NCBI GenBank assembly: GCA_018609755.1
Contig: JAHENZ010000260.1
Span: 11,672-75,671 of the forward strand
Direction of reading: 5' to 3'
DNA: 64,000 bases
From: Salinivenus sp.
GTDB taxonomy: Bacteria; Bacteroidota; Rhodothermia; Rhodothermales; Salinibacteraceae
Below the pieces are notes generated by a model that saw only the letters and a program-made list of their open reading frames with translations, was not told the DNA's origin and did no database searches. Shown one piece after another: positions 10,446 to 18,316 of this stretch; position 1 is the stretch's first letter, and each line of letters starts with the position of its first letter. A program made the position numbers and the translations under genes.

Positions 10446-12101
10446 ATGGCTGACCGTGACGACTTGCCCCAAGACCTTGCGTGGTATCAGGATCGCTGGG
10501 AGGAAATGATGGACCTTCTCCCCGTCTCCGATCCGGACGACGTCGTCCAGCAGGTGCGGGAACTGCAGGTGAACATGCTGGACGAGGAGGCAGAAACACT
10601 TGATGACATGGGACTTGCGGACGCAGAGGAAGCAAAGACGGTCCTCCGCCGCATTTTCGAACGTCTGCAGCGCCTTCGGCGTGAGAATCAGGACCTTCGA
10701 CGCGCCCAAGAGGCCGTTGGGGCAAACGATTCAGGTGAACTTGTTGAGGCTGTGCAGTCGCTGCAAGAGCGAGTGCACAGCTTCGAGGAGCAGCAGGAGG
10801 AACTCTCCGAGGCCGGCTTCGAGCAGCCCGCTCACGCCCTTGAGGCGCTTAGTAGCATGGAAGAGCAGCTGCAGGCGATGTACGAGGAAAAAGAAGCAAC
10901 CGAGGAGACCGACGTCGATACGGAGCTGAGAATGAAGGGAGACACGTTCGACCAGCTCCAGGCCCTCTTGGCACGCCAGGAGAAGCTTCAGCGCGAGTTG
11001 GGAGTCTCCAGTCCCGACGCCGTCGTGGAGATGGTGGAAGGACTCTCCGATCAGCTCGACGAGTTATACAAGCATCGGGATGACGATCGATCTGCTGACT
11101 CCATTTTCTCTCCCGTCGATCCATCTGCCAGTTCTTCAGAGGACTCACTTCAGGAGGAGATCGGGGCATCGGACCCCGAAACCGTAACCGCGATGATCAC
11201 GAACCTGACCGATCAGCTGGAGGCGTTGTATGGGGAACGCCAACGTCTTGCGGAGCTCGACCTGAACGGCTCCGACGACGCCGTTGAGATGGTGAAGAAC
11301 ATGCAGCTCCAGCTTGAATCGTTGTACGAGCGTCGCGAAAAGCTGTCGGAGCACGGCATTCGCAGCATCAATCATGCCCTCTCCATGATTGAGAATATGG
11401 AGGAACAGCTCAGCGAGATGTACGATGAGCGCCACGAACTGACGACGGAGCAGGGCATTCCGGGTCCGCAAGAGGCTGCAGCCCGGCTTGAAGAATTGGA
11501 AGAAGAATTGTCGACGCTTCTGGAGGAACAGAGCACCCTCCGTGAGAAGCGCGATCAGTTGCAGGCTCAACTCGACGAACTTCGAGACAGGTTGGAGCTC
11601 GACGATCCCAGCGAGATTCCCGACCTCGTCGAGAGCATGGAAGCGCAACTCGAAGAAGCGTACGCGTCGAAGGATGCCTCTTCGACAGTCCCTACGGGCG
11701 ATTCCCCCCAGGGCCCGCTCCTCGACCGCGACACGCGAACTCGACTTGACGACATGACGCCCGACGCCCTGGCGGAACTCCCCATTGCTCTCTTCCACCT
11801 GGAACGCGACGGGACCATCCGGCACGCGACCCCTGACGCGCTACAGTGGCCCGACGTGTCGGTTAACACTCCGGACGCCCTCGTGGGATTGAACTTTTTT
11901 TCCGACGTTGCCCCTGGGACCGAAAACACGCTGTTTCGTGGCCGCATTACGGACGAGCCTGTTCACAGTGAGGTGGACAACCAATTTACGTACACCTACG
12001 TGAGTGGAGAGACCCCCCCAACGAACCTGGAAGTGCAACTGTATTCCTCTCCGAACTCTTCCACCTACTGGCTTGCCTTCTCGGTATTGGAACAGTATTA
12101 G
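10446..12101 (+). CDS. Helical-repeat/coiled-coil protein with C-terminal PYP-like PAS domain lacking the chromophore Cys
   Basis: About 10 copies of a ~32-aa repeat. C-terminal ~125 aa match the neighbouring PYP (VGLNFFSDVAPGT..LFRGR..FTYTY..YW), with Gly at the Cys69 position. Confidence 0.8.
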   Translation: MADRDDLPQDLAWYQDRWEEMMDLLPVSDPDDVVQQVRELQVNMLDEEAETLDDMGLADAEEAKTVLRRIFERLQRLRRENQDLRRAQEAVGANDSGELVEAVQSLQERVHSFEEQQEELSEAGFEQPAHALEALSSMEEQLQAMYEEKEATEETDVDTELRMKGDTFDQLQALLARQEKLQRELGVSSPDAVVEMVEGLSDQLDELYKHRDDDRSADSIFSPVDPSASSSEDSLQEEIGASDPETVTAMITNLTDQLEALYGERQRLAELDLNGSDDAVEMVKNMQLQLESLYERREKLSEHGIRSINHALSMIENMEEQLSEMYDERHELTTEQGIPGPQEAAARLEELEEELSTLLEEQSTLREKRDQLQAQLDELRDRLELDDPSEIPDLVESMEAQLEEAYASKDASSTVPTGDSPQGPLLDRDTRTRLDDMTPDALAELPIALFHLERDGTIRHATPDALQWPDVSVNTPDALVGLNFFSDVAPGTENTLFRGRITDEPVHSEVDNQFTYTYVSGETPPTNLEVQLYSSPNSSTYWLAFSVLEQY

Positions 12102-12187
12102 CTTTCCTGATCTCCCCCATGCACATTACTCACGCTTCCCGCCCTCTGTACTAACCGTACTCCACTCATAGCCTCCCTTTCGTGACT

Positions 12188-12736
12188 ATGCCTGAACAAG
12201 AAGACACTGATCCCGACACACAGGAGTCTTCCCTCCTCGATACTGAGACCCCTGAGCCTGATTCCTCATCTGATTCCTCTTCCTCATCCGACGACGTGAC
12301 GACTCCTACGGGCGCCTCCTCGGACGAGAACGACCAATCGGAGATTGCTGAGACATCCGACATCGACGATCTTCATTTCGAGGACGAGAACCTCGCAGAG
12401 AAGCTTCGTCACGCCGACGACGATCAGCTCGACAACGCTCCCTTTGGGATCATCAAAGTAGACGATGAGGGGAAGGTCGAGTTCTTCAATCAGTACGAGG
12501 CGGAGCTAAGCGGCATGGACCCAGACGAGGTCGTGGGCCGCAACTTCTTTACGCAGGTCGCCCCTTGCACGAACAACCGGCTCTTCCGGGGTCGCTTCAA
12601 GAAGGGGGTGCGCCGTGGCGAGCTCGATGAGACCTTTACGTACACGTACACCTACAAGATGCGGCCAACCCTCGTGGACGTGCACATGTACCGCGACGAG
12701 ATGGGGCAAAACTGGATTACCGTGCAGAAATACTGA
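12188..12736 (+). CDS. pyp: Photoactive yellow protein with acidic N-terminal extension
   Basis: Manual ungapped alignment to H. halophila PYP: QLD.APFGII.VD..G, N43, E46, GRNFFTQVAPCT (Cys69 = TGC 12566-12568), FRGRFKKGV, TYKMRPT.V.VHM, W119. Confidence 0.95.
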   Translation: MPEQEDTDPDTQESSLLDTETPEPDSSSDSSSSSDDVTTPTGASSDENDQSEIAETSDIDDLHFEDENLAEKLRHADDDQLDNAPFGIIKVDDEGKVEFFNQYEAELSGMDPDEVVGRNFFTQVAPCTNNRLFRGRFKKGVRRGELDETFTYTYTYKMRPTLVDVHMYRDEMGQNWITVQKY

Positions 12737-12863
12737 GTCCCTGCGCGCCCTCTCGATGGTACCCAAACAAATCCCCCCGCCCGCGGCATGATCTGAAGAA
12801 ATGATTTCATACAGCCGCTAGCGTCCGCCCCCGTGCCTGTTTTTCGGACGTTCTCTCGATACC

Positions 12864-13934
12864 ATGATTAGATCACATTCTTCTTCCCTTAGAGCCCAGA
12901 CGTTTCTGGAAACGGTCCTGGAGGAGTTCGACGCGTCGGATCCGGAGGAGGCCCTTCAATTACTCCGACGCATGAAAAAATTGCTCTCACAGTACTACCA
13001 GGAGCGGAAGACCCTCCAATCCCTCGGATTGGAGACCCTTGACGACGCCCTCGACGTGATGATGGCGATGCGGCGACGCGTCGAGACCCTGGAGGAACGG
13101 CTCGATGCGTACCAACAAGCGCAGGAAAAACTACACGCCATCCAGAATGCTCTCGACGTCGAGGCGAACGCCGAAGAGACGGTCAAAACAATTACAAACA
13201 TCAGTCAACAGCTCGAAACGCTGTACGAAGAAAAAGAAGTTCTTTCCCGGGCCGGCCTGACGGACGCCAATGAGGCCGTCCACATGATTCAGTCCATGCA
13301 GGAGCAGCTCGATCACTTGTATGAAGATTCAGAAGCAGCAGCCGACGCCTCGAACGACGCTTTTGCGCTGCTAGAAGAGAAGTTGGGCGTCTCGGATCCG
13401 GAATCGGTGATTCAGATGGTGGAGAGCATGGAAGAGCAGCTTACCTCCCAAACGGAAGCCCCTTCCGACGCTCGGGCCTCGTCTCCTCCAACGGTGAATA
13501 CCCTCGAACGTCAGCTCCTTGCGTTGCAGGAAGGGGACGTAAACATTCCAACAGATGAGTTTGCAACTCTCATTCCCTTCGAGGACCTCCAGCACCTCAG
13601 CGAGCGGGCGCCCGACGATTTGAATTCCTTCGACGTCGGAATCCTCGCGGTGGATGATGCCGATCAGATTCAGGCCGCAAACGACTATCAGCCGTCCGTC
13701 CCTGGACTGGGAGACAACCCGGTCGGCACCTCTCTTTTCGACCAGGTGCCCGCCTCTCGCAACCCCCTCCTTCAACTTCCCCTCCAGACAGCTCGCCAGA
13801 ACGAAGTGCTGGATGCTCGCCTCTTCTACACGTTTCCCCATCCCGCGGACGACGGATCCCCACTTCCGGTAAAGCTCCAGTTCTACCGATCAGAGATCAA
13901 TACAGTAACTTGGCTTCTGTACTCGCCCCTGTAA
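12864..13934 (+). CDS. Helical-repeat/coiled-coil protein with degenerate C-terminal PYP-like domain
   Basis: Five copies of the same repeat as 10446-12101. C-terminus has DVGILAVDD..QIQAANDYQ, PVGTSLFDQVPASRN, FYTF and terminal W; Ser at the Cys69 position. Confidence 0.72.
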   Translation: MIRSHSSSLRAQTFLETVLEEFDASDPEEALQLLRRMKKLLSQYYQERKTLQSLGLETLDDALDVMMAMRRRVETLEERLDAYQQAQEKLHAIQNALDVEANAEETVKTITNISQQLETLYEEKEVLSRAGLTDANEAVHMIQSMQEQLDHLYEDSEAAADASNDAFALLEEKLGVSDPESVIQMVESMEEQLTSQTEAPSDARASSPPTVNTLERQLLALQEGDVNIPTDEFATLIPFEDLQHLSERAPDDLNSFDVGILAVDDADQIQAANDYQPSVPGLGDNPVGTSLFDQVPASRNPLLQLPLQTARQNEVLDARLFYTFPHPADDGSPLPVKLQFYRSEINTVTWLLYSPL

Positions 13935-13999
13935 TTGTAGACCCGTCCTGATCACGACCCTCCAACTGTTCTCCTCGACCGGCTAGAGTTCTTCCCCCG

Positions 14000-15550
14000 A
14001 TGTGGACCAGCGCCTCCCCAAAATCATCGCCCTCCCCTCACGCATCGGGGACTGCTACGTCTGGGGCCGTCGTGAAGGCAGTCCAATCTGCTCTCAATCA
14101 GTGCCCCACTCCCGGAGAGTCCTCCGACGTCAATCCCTGGCATGACCTCTTGTACGACCGGCTCCGGGACGAAGCCCTCCCTGCTCTCATTTGCGAAGAC
14201 ACGATCACCCCCGCGGCGTCGCTCTGGACCGGTTCGCGTCTCTGGACGCAGGCCTTCCGCTCCACAAATCTCCGCGCTGGGGACCGGATTGTTCTTGCGC
14301 TGCCTCCCTCTACGGCGTTCGTACAAGTTCTCGTTGCCGCCCTCTGGGAGGGCTTCACGATCGCCCTGGCCCCTCCCTCCAGCGACGTCGAGGCGCTTGC
14401 GGAATTGCTTGATGCCCGCGCTACGGTGACGACTGAAGCCCACGCTTCTCCCGATCCCGACGTTCCCGCCTTCCTCTCCGAGGAGTACGCCGGCCCCCGC
14501 TCGACGCCCGACACCCTTCGCACGGCGAACACCCCTCCCACTCCGAACGTGCGGTTTCTACTCCGCACGTCGGGGACGACCGCTCACGCTCGCTGGGTCG
14601 CCCTCTCCGATCGAAACGTCCTTTCAGTTCTGGCGAGTCACCTTCCGCACTTCACCCTTCGCGATTCCCGGGTGCTGTCTGTTCTGCCCTGGACCCACGC
14701 CTTTGGCCTCGTGCTCGATTTCTTTCCCGCACTTCTTTCCGGGGCCGAGATCATCCGAGACCCACAGGGTGGACGGGATCCCGAGCAGCTGATTCAGCTT
14801 CGCAACGCCTGGGGAGCAACGCACCTGTCGGCCGTCCCCCTCACCATCCAGCGCCTCACGGACACGTCCGGGGGCACGGCCCTGCTTCGCGACCTGCAAG
14901 GTGGCATCGTTGGGGGCGCGCCCGTGTCGGGGCCGCTCGCCGAGCAATTGTCCGAGACGGCCCTCCGAGCCGGCTACGGCCAAACCGAGGCCGCGCCCGG
15001 AATTGCGCTCGGCCCACAAGGAAAATGGGCCGCGCACTACATGGGTCAACCGGTCGGATGCTCGGTGGAGATTTCAGGGGACGGAGAACTGCTGTTCGAA
15101 GGCCCAAACGCCTGTGTCGGCTTTTGGCGCGACGGTGCCCTGGACCGAGCCGACCCCGACCGAACCGTCCACACGGGCGACCTGGTCGAGCGCTCCGGAG
15201 ACGATCTGTATTTTCGAGGGCGCAAGGACGATGCATTTAAACTGTCGAACGGTCGCTGGGTGCAGGCCGGCGCCACGGAAGCCGCCCTCAAGACCTCCTT
15301 CCCGGATCTGCGCGACGCACTCGTCTTTACCCCGAATGGAACCGACGTCGCCGTGGCCCTCTGCCCAGACGCCTCCGACGCCTCTCTTCCGTCTCGAGAA
15401 GAGATCCAATCGGCCCTCGGATCTCTGGCAGAGCGGCTCGTGTGGACCCCCACGATTGCCCCCGACGCCTGGACTACACTCGCAAAGGGGTCGGTAGACC
15501 GAAGCACCATGACGGAGACGCTCTCGGAGGCGTACTCGTCCTCCTCGTGA
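14000..15550 (+). CDS. pcl: AMP-binding acyl-CoA ligase, probable p-coumarate:CoA ligase for PYP chromophore activation
   Basis: Adenylation motifs LLRTSGTT, LPWTHAFG, GYGQTEA, TGDL and FRGRKDD. Position between pyp and tal supports the substrate call (inference). Confidence 0.78.
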   Translation: MWTSASPKSSPSPHASGTATSGAVVKAVQSALNQCPTPGESSDVNPWHDLLYDRLRDEALPALICEDTITPAASLWTGSRLWTQAFRSTNLRAGDRIVLALPPSTAFVQVLVAALWEGFTIALAPPSSDVEALAELLDARATVTTEAHASPDPDVPAFLSEEYAGPRSTPDTLRTANTPPTPNVRFLLRTSGTTAHARWVALSDRNVLSVLASHLPHFTLRDSRVLSVLPWTHAFGLVLDFFPALLSGAEIIRDPQGGRDPEQLIQLRNAWGATHLSAVPLTIQRLTDTSGGTALLRDLQGGIVGGAPVSGPLAEQLSETALRAGYGQTEAAPGIALGPQGKWAAHYMGQPVGCSVEISGDGELLFEGPNACVGFWRDGALDRADPDRTVHTGDLVERSGDDLYFRGRKDDAFKLSNGRWVQAGATEAALKTSFPDLRDALVFTPNGTDVAVALCPDASDASLPSREEIQSALGSLAERLVWTPTIAPDAWTTLAKGSVDRSTMTETLSEAYSSSS

Positions 15551-15605
15551 TGCGTCTGAGACCACCATCCGCCGCCGTTCTCTCCACCGCTGGCTTCGTC
15601 CTCGC

Positions 15606-17123
15606 ATGTCGTCTCCCACCGCCCTCTCCGTTGGCCCCGACGTCACGCTCACGTGTGAGGATCTCGAACGAGCCGCACGCACGAGCGGCGTCCGGGTAGA
15701 GCCAACCTCGGAAGCCCGAGATGCGCTTGAATCGGCGCGGACGGCGCTTGATGACCTGCGGGAGGACGGCGCTCCTATCTACGGGGTAACGACTGGATTT
15801 GGCCCTCTGCACGAGCACGACGCGGAGACGACCGATGCGATCGCCCAGGGCAAAGGGCTGATCGCCCATCTCGCCACCGGCAGCGGCGATCGTCTGTCCG
15901 CCCCCGTCGTGCGGGCCATGATGTTGTCGCGCCTTCAAACGCTGGCGCAGGGCCATTCCGCGATTCGGCCAGAGGCATTTACGGCCGTCACGAACCTTCT
16001 TCGCCACAACCTGATCCCCGCCGTCCCTGAAATCGGCTCCCTGGGCGCGAGTGGTGATCTGACGCCGCTGGCGCACGTGGCACGGGTCTGCACGGGAACG
16101 GGTACCGTCGTGTCGGAGGACGACACGCTCCGCGATGCCGACGATGCCCTCACCGACGCCGGGCTCTCCCCCGTTTCGCTCGACGCCCGCGACGCATTGG
16201 CCCTCGTGAACGGAACCGCCCTCATGACGGGAACCGCGTCTCTCGCGGTAGCACAGGGGGACCGCCTCCTCACTCGTGCGGAGGCCCTCACGGGATGGGC
16301 GTACCGCCTCCTCGGCTGCTCGCTAGAGCCGCTCGACTCGCGACTGCACGAGGCCCGCGGGCACGACGGCCAGTCGAAAAGTGCGGGTGCCATTCGCGAG
16401 GAGGCAACCCGCCATGGCCCCGCCGAACGGGAGGCCCGCCCCCTTCAAGAGGTATACTCACTCCGCTGCGCCCCCCAAATTCTCGGGGCCGCTCGGGATC
16501 AGCTGCAGTACGTGCGCCGGCAGGTCGAAACGGAATTGAATGGGGTGACCGATAATCCCGTCTTCGACCCGGACGCCCCCGCGGCCCTCCACGGCGGCAA
16601 CTTTCAAGGGCAACAGATCGCCTTCGCTGCCGATGCTCTCAACGAAGCCCTCACGCAGATCGGCGTGCTGGCCGAGCGGCAACTCGACGTACTTCTCTCT
16701 CCCGACCAGAATGACGGGGCGCCTCCCCTCCTCGCCTGGGAGCCCGGTCCTACGAGCGGCCTCGCCGGTGCGCAACTCACCGCCACGGCCCTCGTCGCCG
16801 AACTTCGTCAAAACGCTCAGATGGCGGGCACGTCCTCCATCCCGACAAATGGTGACAACCAGGACGTCGTCTCGATGGGGGCCCTGGCGGCCCGCACCGC
16901 TCACGAGCAGACCGATCACCTCTCTTCCATCCTCGCCATCCTGGGAATTGCCCTGGCCCAGTTGACACACCTGCGGAACGAAGGGCAAGCCGACGGGCCG
17001 GCCCCTCCCCTTCCCGACTGGATGCCGACCATCGATCCCGTGGTGGAGGACCGATCGCTCCATTCCGAAATCGACGCCCTCGCCACTCGCTGGCGCCGAT
17101 CCGGCGATTCGCAGGCCCCCTAA
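15606..17123 (+). CDS. tal: Tyrosine ammonia-lyase (aromatic amino acid lyase family)
   Basis: YGVTTGFG, MIO-forming GASGDL, NGT, QEVYSLRC and DNP. Specificity loop LIAHLATG carries the HL signature of TALs rather than SH (HAL) or FL (PAL). Confidence 0.87.
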   Translation: MSSPTALSVGPDVTLTCEDLERAARTSGVRVEPTSEARDALESARTALDDLREDGAPIYGVTTGFGPLHEHDAETTDAIAQGKGLIAHLATGSGDRLSAPVVRAMMLSRLQTLAQGHSAIRPEAFTAVTNLLRHNLIPAVPEIGSLGASGDLTPLAHVARVCTGTGTVVSEDDTLRDADDALTDAGLSPVSLDARDALALVNGTALMTGTASLAVAQGDRLLTRAEALTGWAYRLLGCSLEPLDSRLHEARGHDGQSKSAGAIREEATRHGPAEREARPLQEVYSLRCAPQILGAARDQLQYVRRQVETELNGVTDNPVFDPDAPAALHGGNFQGQQIAFAADALNEALTQIGVLAERQLDVLLSPDQNDGAPPLLAWEPGPTSGLAGAQLTATALVAELRQNAQMAGTSSIPTNGDNQDVVSMGALAARTAHEQTDHLSSILAILGIALAQLTHLRNEGQADGPAPPLPDWMPTIDPVVEDRSLHSEIDALATRWRRSGDSQAP

Positions 17124-17254
17124 GTGGACTCAGATTTGGAGTTAGGGATTCGGAATGTAGAATGACGTTCCCGACGACGCGATTTGCCACGTTCTGAACG
17201 CGAATCCGTCCAATGCCGAAACTGCAATTCCTCAAGGTTGGACTTGAACGCACT

Positions 17255-17426
17255 TAGTGGGTTTGCACAACTGAAACGCGGAAAATCGCAGATCTCGTGA
17301 CGCTGTTTCCGTCTGTACCTCCTACCCGGAATATGCTCGGGATCGACCGCTGCCGGCAAACGGGGACGATTGAGGCGTCAGGGGACCGGCGCTCGAAACC
17401 GCCAGAGTTGTTGTGCAAGGTCACTA
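17255..17426. mobile_element. MITE-like element, copy 1 (172 bp)
   Basis: Imperfect 17-bp terminal inverted repeats TAGTGGGTTTGCACAAC / GTTGTGCAAGGTCACTA; interior closely matches the reverse complement of 41373-41543. Confidence 0.8.
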
Positions 17427-17728
17427 GCGCTCAGTCAAGCTGAGGTTTTCGAGTCTCGAATTGTACTCAGTGTCTGAAAGTTGCTGACTGCTCGGTACTT
17501 ACGATTCGACGAGCAACGCTCACCCCGACACGGAAAACGTGACGCAGCACTAGCGCTCCGGTCTGCTGCTTTCATGACAGCCGGGGGAAGTGCTTTCTGG
17601 TGTCTCTACGCACGGTCGTGACGAACCGGGAACGATGAACCACGCAGGGAACCGATTTGAGAGCGGTTGTTGTTTCAGTTCCAGAAAAGAAGCTGTTCGT
17701 CGTTCCCGTGTTCACCTCACAACCCACG

Positions 17729-18220
17729 ATGTCTGATCGTCCTGAGCCCGGTCCCAACCAGGAATCGGTGTGGGACTACCCTCGCCCTCCAGCCCTGGAG
17801 CCCTGTCACCAGCGAATCCGCGTCCGCTTTCACGAAACTACCATTGCGGATACGACCGACGCGTACCGCGTGCTCGAAACGAGCCATCCGCCGGTGTACT
17901 ATCTGCCTCCTGCCGACGTTGCGATGGAGCATCTGGAGCGGGAGGACCGAACGACGATGTGCGAGTTCAAAGGGCGGGCCGTGTATTTCACGGTAACGGT
18001 CGGCGATCGGTCGGTCTCCCACGCCGCCTGGGGCTACCCGTCCCCCGTCGCTCGCTACCAGGCCCTGAAAGACCACATTGCCTTCTACGCAAGTAAGATG
18101 GACGCCTGCTACGTGGGCGACGAGGAGGCCCACGCCCAGGACGGGGACTTTTACGGGGGATGGATCACGGACGACATCGTCGGCCCGTTCAAGGGCGGAC
18201 CTGGAACGATGGGATGGTAA
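17729..18220 (+). CDS. DUF427 domain protein
   Basis: ESVWDYPRPP, VLETSHPPVYYLP, CEFKGRAVYF, AAWGYP, FYGGWIT, GPFKGGPG. Confidence 0.9.
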   Translation: MSDRPEPGPNQESVWDYPRPPALEPCHQRIRVRFHETTIADTTDAYRVLETSHPPVYYLPPADVAMEHLEREDRTTMCEFKGRAVYFTVTVGDRSVSHAAWGYPSPVARYQALKDHIAFYASKMDACYVGDEEAHAQDGDFYGGWITDDIVGPFKGGPGTMGW

Positions 18221-18316
18221 TCAACCCGTGGAAGTATCCGTCTCCACGTACCGTCCCACAACTGGGGGACACAATTCTATTTCCCCTGTATCGCTTGGCA
18301 ATCAGAATTCTTCATT

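Noticed and set aside
17422-17558. 11-bp direct repeat CACTAGCGCTC at 17422 and 17548
   Set aside because: Partly overlaps the MITE end; only two copies and could be chance. Not a CRISPR array.
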